NCBI GenBank assembly: GCA_965216875.1
Contig: OZ244207.1
Location: 6,592,001 to 6,656,000 of the forward strand
Source of the DNA: Rubripirellula sp.
Lineage (GTDB): Bacteria > Planctomycetota > Planctomycetia > Pirellulales > Pirellulaceae
DNA length: 64,000 nt
Direction of reading: 5' to 3'
Of this stretch, positions 58,301 to 60,864 are shown in pieces (the stretch's first letter is position 1; each line of letters starts with the position of its first letter). Under the pieces are notes generated by a model. That model was not told the DNA's origin. It saw only the letters and a program-made list of their open reading frames with translations, and did not search any database. A program made the position numbers and the translations under genes.

Positions 58301-59903
58301 GTTCGATGCGTTCGGCGAGTTCTTGCAAGCGTTCACGTTGGTCGGCAAGCAGGTTGCCGCGCGCATCGCTCGGTGGTTTCGCCGCGTACCCGACTTGAGT
58401 CCCTCCCGACCCACCGTCCAGGTTTCCGACCAGACGCGCTCCTTCGAGGAACGTGATGCGGTCGAGTTTCGACGTTCCCGTGATGCTCGCAATGTTGTCA
58501 ATGACAAGCCGCTTGCCTGTTCGAAAGATGACGGTGACGCGGTTTCCTTTGGCGACGCCGGCAAGTGAAGCGACCTCGATGGTGACCATGGTCTGCAACG
58601 CCGAAAGGTCGAGCACAGACGTTGGCGTCGCATTGGATGCAATCGAATTCTCGACGATGAAGTCGCGCGTGCGCAGCGACAATCGCGAATAGTTGTCGCC
58701 AAAACCATCAAGCACTTGAAAGTTGTTCTGGCCTTTGCCAGCGATCAACTTTTCGATGAAGTCAGTTGCTTCGACACGATTGCTGCCGGAGGTGGCAACG
58801 ACGACGGGGCCAGGTGTCTTGCCGAATTGAAACTGGATGTCATCGACAACGGCTGCGAAACCAAGCGTGTCTTTTCCCGAGTTCGCTTGCTCGGTGACGG
58901 TAGTCGTCGTGCCCGATTCCGCCGTCCATGATTCGTCGAATCGGTAGGTGTCGTTGCCGCTGCCGCCGTCGAGTTGGTCGCTGCCACCTCCACCTTCGAG
59001 TTGGTCACGGCCGGAACCACCGGACAATTGGTCGTTGCCCGGTCCGCCTCGCAGCGTGTCGTTTCCAGACTGGCCCAACAACACATCGTTGCCTGTGCCG
59101 CCCAGGATCAAATCATCGCCGCTGCCACCGTCAAGTTCCGGATCGTCATTGGGGCCACCATCGATCGTGTCATTGCCTGATTCACCGAAAAGAGAATCGC
59201 GACCGCCGCCACCTTCGATTTGGTCGCCCCCTTTTCCGCCGGCGATGGTGTTGTCGAATTCGTTGCCAACCAATTGATCATTGCCGCGACCGCCAAAGAC
59301 ATCGCTGATGCCGATCAACTCGGTGAATTCGACGTCGCCAACCTTTGCACCGTTGTTGATCGAGTCGAGTGACAGGTTCACACGCTTGGTCGAACCAAAC
59401 AAACCGCTTGAGTCGGCGAATGAGAGAATCGTTGCATCTGCAAAAACTTGTCCAATGATCGAGCCGTTCTTAAGCGACGCCCCTTTTTCGACGATGAAGT
59501 CGTTTGTACCCGAGCCAGGTTCGAAACCTTCGATGCCAGTAGCGATCAGGCGTTTGCCCGGCGCAGTAACGACCACACGTGAGTCGGCCTGGACGCGAAA
59601 CGTCAAATCCTCGGTCAGCGCGCTAAAGTCGAGGACATCGCGCGAGCCGCCGGCATCCTCGATGCTTAGGTCTTGCCAAGTTGAATTGGCCGACAAGACA
59701 TACCGGTCCGATTCCTCGGTGCCGGTGAAAGTTTCACCTGCCGAATCGATCGGGACCTGTGCGAGCAAGCGTCGATCTTCGAGCAGTTCCAACAACGCTC
59801 GCCGCTTTGACGCCCGGCTAGCATGTGTCGGGCTTGATTGTGGCCGGAGGCGACGATCGTTGGGGCGGTTTTTGTTGCGGCTGGGGGAGGTGAGTGGAAA
59901 CAT
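34347..59903 (-). CDS. Giant (8518 aa) RTX-type Ca2+-binding surface adhesin with metzincin motif, Gly-rich tract, lactonase-like beta-propeller, proprotein-convertase P domain, PKD domains and cadherin-like (tandem-95/Big_9) repeats
   Basis: N-terminal LLELLEDRRLLA; several GGxGxDxL blocks; HEIGHTIGLRD; IDWGDGS PKD motifs; VNDAPVA..YxHDGSETTSDxFTY repeats; C-terminal RTX repeats. The ORF is uninterrupted. Confidence 0.93.
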   Translation of the reverse strand: MFPLTSPSRNKNRPNDRRLRPQSSPTHASRASKRRALLELLEDRRLLAQVPIDSAGETFTGTEESDRYVLSANSTWQDLSIEDAGGSRDVLDFSALTEDLTFRVQADSRVVVTAPGKRLIATGIEGFEPGSGTNDFIVEKGASLKNGSIIGQVFADATILSFADSSGLFGSTKRVNLSLDSINNGAKVGDVEFTELIGISDVFGGRGNDQLVGNEFDNTIAGGKGGDQIEGGGGRDSLFGESGNDTIDGGPNDDPELDGGSGDDLILGGTGNDVLLGQSGNDTLRGGPGNDQLSGGSGRDQLEGGGGSDQLDGGSGNDTYRFDESWTAESGTTTTVTEQANSGKDTLGFAAVVDDIQFQFGKTPGPVVVATSGSNRVEATDFIEKLIAGKGQNNFQVLDGFGDNYSRLSLRTRDFIVENSIASNATPTSVLDLSALQTMVTIEVASLAGVAKGNRVTVIFRTGKRLVIDNIASITGTSKLDRITFLEGARLVGNLDGGSGGTQVGYAAKPPSDARGNLLADQRERLQELAERIELQDIFDSRVLDSTNPKLGVQFNVGTEIGDFAAVEGSTTNSFGVFGGSKFDHLFGNEDDNSLYGGDGNDGLFGSGGSDDLFGNAGNDFLDGGAGPDILRGEAGDDVIEAGAGDDLLLGDSGKDLLVGGPGNDILVGGRNRDVYQLGPNWGRDRIDTVFLEGAEDALDFSRVNEPITYSFTAGKISIGTGAFTRQRNEAGPLGFDKAAGTFDDPLSNRLEIANPRIAEIIPGQGNQQFLFDNNWNSVTIDARTLPANAELNLDFGGTTTPLRFDFKADDTVEIIRLGTVNSIKDNVPGLKAPTITILGVGANTVIKSGRNENSYRVFDGVNYPGRLIFTAGAHWSRVAPTEISTPSGIRPGHRVDLTEPLKVPGPSDLFNKNIVNLQTRDLTTMLSSNISKTIKGIKRFELESGGLDPRITDVSFGAGINLIQGDNANNDFQHKTLRPGLDFLSGLGGADTYRFGNAWGAAAVFEFPELSIGGEPIPAALDTLDFSGLVGSVEVDVYPISSVEEAIDAIKALFDPNVTPEEVVATYGDAPVATNLVVAKETTARPLADLLPGDPDSSLIQQILSQGTSYVAAMDIESLVGPKGGTLTVRMHDDATLRGTVSGGSFGRVKLDYSNYGRQVVVDTTAGTFSSVPDLGAFDRFEPVFDAVNDTLNTVQSWLLSGGEIIIPGLPDTATGKATGIEGQRLGGLTTLFDSGFGEVNQLSERLENRAVVGLSEVIGSPFADSFTTGILADTAFDVDDGDTINGQVVRNPQTGVSSPRSQTIDLSQQSVAGDYVIDLPNQSITRDGSPFATIQAGNRVIASPHNDTIIGTSADETFVFTTTNVDDTIVGWSVDTVRGGGGRDRIDISSVPTTWDWLVRTESVGGESFTAIYFVDENNAELPHRILLSQSGGDDYTIVDRDGIYSGSKWIKTPRVLSTFEGPIPDLQPQPQTSVISASVPSDNRIAAIPAGILSDAIDAFDGVTISVPRTDGSGDEPFTLQHVDGRLLTDRGGVLVDPAQLSVRIVDLPGTDLSARTPSGELLIDATAADFGWHVTEDPVPAGKIDLKSVLIHEIARGLRIDSSAAIMQSELAPGELRRDVPTSIAQSSGPSVQQALTAPQLPAAAITEVDESIDAIIDQAVARWQAADLVVAGDTSATVVVPRPSISFGHLPESELARRLADGTILIDSTAGGHFWHVDLTPESDESVPEGNIDLLTVVMHEIGHTIGLRDSNDGAGLMAAEIAPGVRWNPPAETTSVVNTQSPEQVRLVQGLDAFGNWVGGLGEQLDRFLSSSVEIPFIGDVNLAGILGIELGAADPLLDGLQQNVVDQVAAIFADGGDLDGDGVITTMDLALQPNLDFASSSNEVAFVATLDLPSLDSEQSFAFDLSKLRIGDLDPTSLGIRVASDAVPTIEVSAGIDLQFLFGLDANGQFYVDSPNLVASLQASSGDEPLDVDIAIGPFGLSIDGGSIEIGGEMSLGTDVRLDYPALLSNQVSPMLLVPSLSAGGGFEIDLPLSLTGALAGVNREGLAIRASGEITAGVGSLDSLIADIELETPGLSDLFDLRGVSLDQILDALVAGLDALVDEDPENGSLIARKLPGINQSAIDLFGDGTADLITGLKNAIEDVRSDSSSSLGTLAGQLNAAVNGVLGFDADPFALRYENSTLLVDFAFEKALADVEFDFELDLRDLFLDDIQSFIDNSPLLDGVRDRIDLDAIEASIGGDDGNVKLVASGSAGVDFGFGLDLSDVTDPIKFLDDQSEIFVAVDAGLGAPVDVEVQLDLARLVGVQDASLGTIGFLIDDATVDLDVRAAYGLADHEDDRYELSSINSDDLEVSVEIATEINLPLFLASDIPVGGTTEDRNADAIPDHVLHIGAAFEEGELSFDLAGPGVEQLLGIGALLNDPAKVLSGLESTFDLLESDIDAQLDSIGLPLVGDALSDAASFVADLRDDVLGVKGSDGVYTGGRVGQRLQEAVQNGESVIDVLRQGLFDALGAVGGGENLLRVPVLDAEGRPTYDATGNLVLREVTSPEDIGITISDDTVEFNVVLADTIFQKTLPITFDASAPGLGLSTSGDAGLVFDLGYTFGFGFGLSAADLFYVDTAGVTDSGSELSLDFSASVTPGSSLEGQLGFLRVMLDESVDDDGQSRLFGGIEIDLQDGDGNDRWSPLKAEALSVTGRVTAGANVDLDAVVEIPASDGLQFPSIRTVIHYDQTFAEAEFGTGGSSASFGDAPVVVFENVTLELGEFVSGFVSPLVTQVSKVIDPVKPIVDLLTTDIRFLEQLGASATSLLDIAEVVLGPTKFKSVATGVRAIEQVGDFVDSIKAFEAIGGESLDIDLGTFTVGGDLRTGQGVAGGDGAKDPQTQIDQNAQNQETKNVAKNFGTTKGSFQFPLLSQPITAFNMLLGKDADLFVYNLPGLNLNFRYVKSYPVFPGLNARLGGRVTADTNFDFGFNTSGLKTWADGGFNLADVGKVFDGFFIDDHVTFDPNFAVVDGNGVVKSDKPEVTLTSSIIAGASVGVPGLVEAGVEGGIKAAIEFDLNDVPNPFLSTESQKIHDGRLSVDELSTRLSQGPSCVFDTEGQLSAFLDAFFWVGVDLGIFGQQTLFEARRSFVNEVIGKFNFTCADPNAQIAELDAGVLTLDYVPGPGEPVNPTQGEIYQVQQKQIRVNPLSKTDFSTHERIVVTSRGNVVDFAPADVDEIRINGTSRADEYILDTGVSANLFVDGGAGNDLIQLTGSGTFQYEISGGAGNDMIFGSSAPERLRGGAGDDMISGGGGDDDIGGGTGNDMLRGDGGNDLISGDDDNDFLGGDQGDDLLIGGDGDDNIEGGEGDDQIYGDVVSIDAFGVVTLVTSTGAGDDFLKGGAGTDAVWGQAGDDSLAGGSGRDQVRGGSGGDTIDWQVGDGADTLVDGGQSTFAVNTDPETGEIIDDDANPTGVFLPVGTTEVPDPDTLRLFAPEGRFSDALTISPNASSNARVDIVYFSSGIGDALAIDDFQRISISLGEGADRVDVQDLSATTITDIDIDFGTGEILESTTIEEDQFVGETLLVESEGTPTVFPNDAPFADQTQTAIAFERQLHEGGSFLFDADGAPVLVELSNVDGDVVLDDAGNPVLVQQNNGGTPQFDEVGMPITERVETRTLSEFRTVPQVFPTSEPLAENTTPIGDTFLRVQHDGGLFQFDASGQPVLVPIIVDATEILVHQNIGGEPIVDAGGQPIIEEVQLRSIQRSKRVEIPVLDSDGNAQVDTEGNLVTETFITPEFGIDSQVDVLRVVGSASSDTFDVRTDGELVYVAQQGGATVSIANSQRIGGSADDQLIIETLDGDDAIFASDVATDRIALSMLAGSGDDEIVGSPFADLIHSGSGDDLVTGGAGVDAFVDASGNDTLLETRDANFTLSDEQLVVASLDFGRTETDAEGNSNPSPRLETGREVEFINGQFETVQLLGYNDLAGLHPSLSVNVFTLRDFTGKAFLDGGQSGDQYQITLSGTSNSNINSTVEIGEDDDNLGIDNLAIFGTNVADTFVFDVDVVQRLAPRPEDAGDGSTFDTLDEFSTDIVVRDTSVTEAFRQIVDYRSAENVMVSGRDGNDLFIVDDSSTELSVHGDGGSDRFFIGNVLSTKSIVDPKLGRIDVVDEITNGVSFPASFFGGSGNDYFEVNHNIAEISLFGEAGDDTFFLQAHITTESDDNFTPSEEINVFSEEGERDTLSYVKNAPVNIFGGDGFDTLVVLGTQVDDVFTIFVENVDVDGELVPTQRIYGAGLVIPEIQGIERLIILTGAGDDTVYLYGTLDDQEIQIITGSGNDTVYVGGDAVDLDVVIPASKYTQVTRTPQPDIVTTERVLTRAAYSYQVLVGYGINVGRVKLFPQYKRVYVPARYKTIVRRTAQPDLVETEVIDVPESTLPVFVPETRNLSGIKGPVIVDGLTRSNVRDQDGNDTGVLGDDTIIFDNRFADLDLDGDQSADGQIDGSLEQRLVEDVSITTDPAQLASVIPEGVAPDVLEVVVRNKLRDLHRIRREGLIHEMLAPENRSETTEVTLRTGTLVNLFDNPSALDNFLAFSQLHPFTASIEPVFDPVEGREINRLQVSESATLSSGIAIDIEVEYDLAFEVTQVRVVAAEPISLDVPNTFVTAVNLESAMTFDTVSGFGTGNGIYYTAFNVVDLHLTDSDDHLRIDETLDRATTTLFAGGGDDQVDVNGASGIVRLQAGAGDDQINLGDGQLGGIESTLFVDGGSGIDRVSHDASLVDEGLTVALGRRSTTGLPMRGVVDYGEQVEEVELLLGSGNDSIAIALGNESDGSPASTPLSRAIVNGSLGNDRLEFTLFGEADGTDQVETQQVEEVVFSNENNSAATEWVITEGNLGVVSQDVFMPLLTTNAASNMALHLSDDSLAGDSLNVWDTPTGMVQTVVNLRGGDDTVSIGDPSQSKQLADVRSSLILVGDEGSNSLLLDDRHAPVATSRVGTLTDSELTGLTAAPVSFTQFGGGIDFAGAELADYQLTIEETAAPTQLTLGGGSDSVRIESTAHAVNVELGTGDNTVTVLSARESINVVGDATGTNRLVVDRSAATLAVIDGLVADSTIPGHGEILGVAAADVASRLQASITFEQIQQVDVRLGSGNDHIAIDTAAGDGLDETDIVVDAGQGSDAITLRSIAASTAVVGGGGDDQVTAIITGFPQANQFMAASFDIETLVVDNSESDTAVAWTRDDATVLRADTLPSSGVPIDVIDTTGAGLTKVSGSRAADSLTVQAATGSGSIDAAINGDRIDLESGVVVLDQSRFEVIADQRSAIRFDRLGSQVVFDGTPYTERGFTLTSTGTLSVDHSPSPSLVASSVDDILALSADDGSTFALVTVDVAQVDVAQTIVFEATTSLGAQAIATIGVPAGTSIARLELPASFASITSVTVTGLVGSIDNLVVPVVHTVTPLPQATTTSNVIEIDTTSLGINGVGSGGLFNNTPFFASIVQNGTVAQFRFAGDLNIPNGTTVRVVGARDRGVSLVAADDVLIGDDVVFDFAGSGSLPGPGGGAGAVAALGGAAGFGGAGGFGGGGGTGGAGGVSTDCGFTLLGIFDDNKCEIESGDSGKSGDPGAGGNAGSGGSAGQSGTQGQAGINASGGGTGGSGGFTTEDGLVGSGGLNTPDDPFVLSGGSGGGAGGAGGGGQGGAGGTGGRGGTGGRGGASGRGYVNTPGAGGIWGNLTGGSGGRGGTGGRGGTGGSGGVGGTGGAGGGGGGAIEIIAAGRLSIAGDLNANLNVTRFEIAGGDGLAGTVGASGAVGSTGSSGGPGSSGTDGGDLNGLPGTSAGDGGSGSGGNRGASGAAGGSGGDGASGGGGSAGTVKLVGAAIDIDPSVIVDARGGGGGQSNSGDGRVVIASGAGTGSLSLESDRGTVSSFTIDAVPTFAASENPFVEGTPLTPHLPGLVGGAEAFGLLDVDANTIAGIDRANHPDATVAVVRLDAFDFDQNAETDDDYAGFDVLMLVNLTDTLLSGAQLGAVTDATGSVFLQPLAVGGVASDPDFGGTLGSGPGGSINLNTLAPNAIWATLIPEASTTISAAIDASTTSSATSPLANGQVLYLQGSDTGFDGTLDGLAGIAISSDGQQIYGVDSRNDTLVVLNANDRSLRQTFRDGLDGVDGLGGANGVAVSPDGRNVYVAGAGESKLAFFTRNLTTGNLTFRESVATPSGTLTSMEMSPDGRRLYVGSTTGLRLFTIAPNGSPLPPTTLTGTSISDLESSRDGELLFATDANSGRVLSYRQDSFATIIDVDVQVNIDHDRAEDLDVFLIGPSGRSVELFTDVGGTGNDFANTILDDEAAIPITSGNAPFFGRYRPERPLSAFDGGFPNGWWTLRVTDDFSSPFTSDGGRLLNWRVTIQTADGITRVYSASSGALLTRNTVTSRVFVPGVAPTIGPIQVIQDSATTELAGASAVTVSRDDQFVYVAATDNDAISVLRRDAVTDQLSLVDVVRNGIDDVRGLFGVDNLQTTPNGRYLIATSEVNDSVAVFARDLNTGSLQFLQNLRSLGNRNSGLINPSDIVVASDSQLYVASTGDNRNSGGLTTFDIETETPQPLRIETAFSNIESIRVVTPEGNDNVRLIAAPGSPVNTIRIETGDGNDVVSLLDAVANTVVELGTGDDQTTIALTRSNVGVGVDAAAGSDTVIVETLGTDSTIDIDAGIDDDLVRVAGSQIPATSNIAIDGQDDRDVLEFAPAGLDVQTLPAPLPDGTIRVVDRGEVAYQSLEVVSTFAAPLIDFAEDVFVTSEGEDLAVSANVTSPQSGIAVPTTQWDIDGDGLFGDVTGSEIAVTWSQLREFGLGDDGTYQIALRAVDELGRASVRYANVQIDNVAATLDVSDPPSVAVGQEVTIQFSSNDPGLDQTETWQIDWGDGTIETYGSSATSANHTYLDAGDFEISIQSTDDDAVVVETTRNVSVAATQASIDDVEIAEGDSLTLTATTIGTPTLTWDVNGDGDFTDAIGNNVLISWSDLQSLSPPINDDGIYAVTARATYSDGTFSDSAASLVVTNTAPTAQIATTGDGSQEGDTVRLELLQAFDPSDADSAGGGANFRYSFDIDGDGQYEIDQQSESFVEFIVPQSGTRNVRAMIHDDDGSTEYSDSFNVLEVAPTLSVDVIDANGNVLDPLFQPNEGDEYRLRLSASDPGDDEIGTWILQWGDGSTSTVRAATGEVVHTYLDDGLYSVRIAAFDDDGEYLLEQSVQVGNVQPTITASSSGTATEGGLFEITLEATDPGNDRISLWQIDWGDGSPIEEVDGDERIASHVYRDADSAGSQYQINVTGIDEDGQTSAQPISVQVTNVEPTATVALNASQIVEGGTATLSIGSPIDPGLDLITEYAIDWGDGSPIELVSPTFIALSDGAFEVQPVSLTHTYTDGDASHLVSVTATDEDGQYTIEDAMAINIINVSPSLVVSAPPRVTQGESLPLSFGDLSDPGEDTVVEYRVTWETGTDAEVFASLSGLSHIYSIFGEKTIFVDVVDEDGIHRVAQQSIYVNAAPTASGDTLSIDEGSSGRVAVIANDNDSEQEIDPSSVLIVDGPIHGTFQVNLDGTVDYRHDGSETTLDQFTYTVRDADGAISNIATATINIAPINDAPVANPDGASIAEGGVFTIDVAANDVDADSLLDLESIVIADAPSFGIASMNDAGQVTYTHDGSETLADSFTYVIRDAEGRQSNRATVSVTITPVNDAPFAFDDSVTTDEGSTGLSVPVLANDTDAENQIVADSVMIIDQPANGTAEVNADGSVDYSHDGSETTSDSFTYTFTDADGVTSNVATVHITIDPINDPPQASNDDAVVLEGNSVAIDVVLNDFDAESSLDLDAVEILEGPSHGAVNVVDNELVYQHDGSETLADSFTYTLRDDEGVLSNIATVAIEVTAVNDSPDALNDSAVVDEGGQVTVDVAINDTDADDGIDVESIQIIDQPLYGSVTIVGSGNVLYQHDGSETTSDLFTYVIADQTGAASQTATVTIDINSVNDAPVANADSATVDEAGAVNVNIAGNDRDVDGSLRFNSIVITSNPNHGQVIVQPNGSVDYIHDGSETTSDTFTYTIEDNDGTISEAATVLVDTNPINDAPVAFADAVTTQQNQPIKIDVLANDVDPEGQPLLYRITAEPSHGTLVPQADGSLTYVPAASFFGTDQFSYVASDSDLESDPANVTITVTEFEQGATLLDGVLRIVGTEAADRITLRKSGTNLVVLLRPEGQDRQSWTFAEADIERIEIYSLEGNDRIQIAHRIDLPTLIESGDGDDRIHSGSGDDTIRPGDGNDNVESGGGDDIIIDLLGHNRIWSGSGNDNITTGDGNDRITSGLGDDTIDAGHGNNRVLAGTGNDLVRSGDGNDWIAGGAGDDTIFSGAGNDKVFGQAGDDVIVGGDNHDLLLGGTGRDLMIGGSGSDLLDGSYGEDLLVCSVWQHADSIEAIQAVQETWRNRNKSFSDRVDEVFTGVGANQAFAINDDTVASDNAIDIVRGGPNDDLIWADDEDIRIGLDEYLSGL

Positions 59904-60198
59904 TCTGGCTGACGAACAAGTGGGATTGATCTATGATCGGGACGGGGCGCCTGAACACCGACGGGGCTCTTTGAGCCACAGGGAGGAGATCATTCGGTGG
60001 TCGGGAGTCGAGTGCGATTGGGTGATTCAACGCCGCCGTTTTCCCGGTGGAAAGCGTCGAAACGGGTCGCTGGAGAGACTTGTCCCAACAAGCTTGTGAC
60101 CGGTTAGCGTGTTCAACCGCCACAGATTTCCAAGCTGAAATTTTCTTCCAACACCGGCTTCGCCAAAGCTTCACAAACGAGAGAGAAACCCGGGGAAT

Positions 60199-60864
60199 TT
60201 GATGCAACGGAAGGTCGAATCGAGCGACGATGTCACCGGATGGATTCGGGCGGTGGAAAGTGGTGATGAGGAGGCCGCGACAAAGCTGTGGGGGTACTGT
60301 TTTCCTCGTTTGCTCGAATACTCGCGGCGAAAACTGCCCGATCACCTGCGCCGAATCCTCGACGAAGAAGACGTCGCACTGAGCGCCTTCAAGAGTTTCT
60401 GTCTCGGCGCGGCAAAGGGCTCACTGGGCGACATTCACGGCCGCGACGAGTTGTGGCGACTGCTGTTTTGCATCACCTCACGCAAGGCGCAAGGTTACGT
60501 TCGATACCAGACTCGCAAAAAACGTGGTGGCGGAAAAGTGGGCGGAGAGTCCACATTCCTGTTAGAGTCCGATCCGGATGTTGGTGGTGGAATCGAACAG
60601 GTTGCTGATCCGACCGCGACGCCCGACATGATGGCCCAGTTCGCGAACGATTGCCAACGCCTGTTCGATATGCTTGAAGACGACTTGTTGCAAACCATTG
60701 CCCTGCTTCGCATCGAAGGGTATTCGGTCGACGAAATTGCCGATCGCGTTGGTTGTGCGAAGCGGTCAGTCGAACGCCGCTTGAATCTGATTCGGACGAT
60801 CTGGAAAAACGCGGATGCGTCGCCTGATCAACCGCCGCACAAAGGCGACGATGACGATGTCTAA
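60199..60864 (+). CDS. ECF-type RNA polymerase sigma factor (planctomycete type, Ser/Thr-kinase-associated)
   Basis: VTGWI..GDEEAATKLW..FPRL, region 2 DEEDVALSAFKSF, and sigma4 HTH LRIEGYSVDEIADRVGCAKRSVERRL. It overlaps the kinase start. Confidence 0.9.
   Translation: MMQRKVESSDDVTGWIRAVESGDEEAATKLWGYCFPRLLEYSRRKLPDHLRRILDEEDVALSAFKSFCLGAAKGSLGDIHGRDELWRLLFCITSRKAQGYVRYQTRKKRGGGKVGGESTFLLESDPDVGGGIEQVADPTATPDMMAQFANDCQRLFDMLEDDLLQTIALLRIEGYSVDEIADRVGCAKRSVERRLNLIRTIWKNADASPDQPPHKGDDDDV

Noticed and set aside
34378..60099. Many 60-370 aa ORFs antisense or out of frame to the giant adhesin (and likewise within the Rhs and che genes)
   Set aside because: These are typical shadow ORFs of GC-rich coding DNA with no recognisable motifs.
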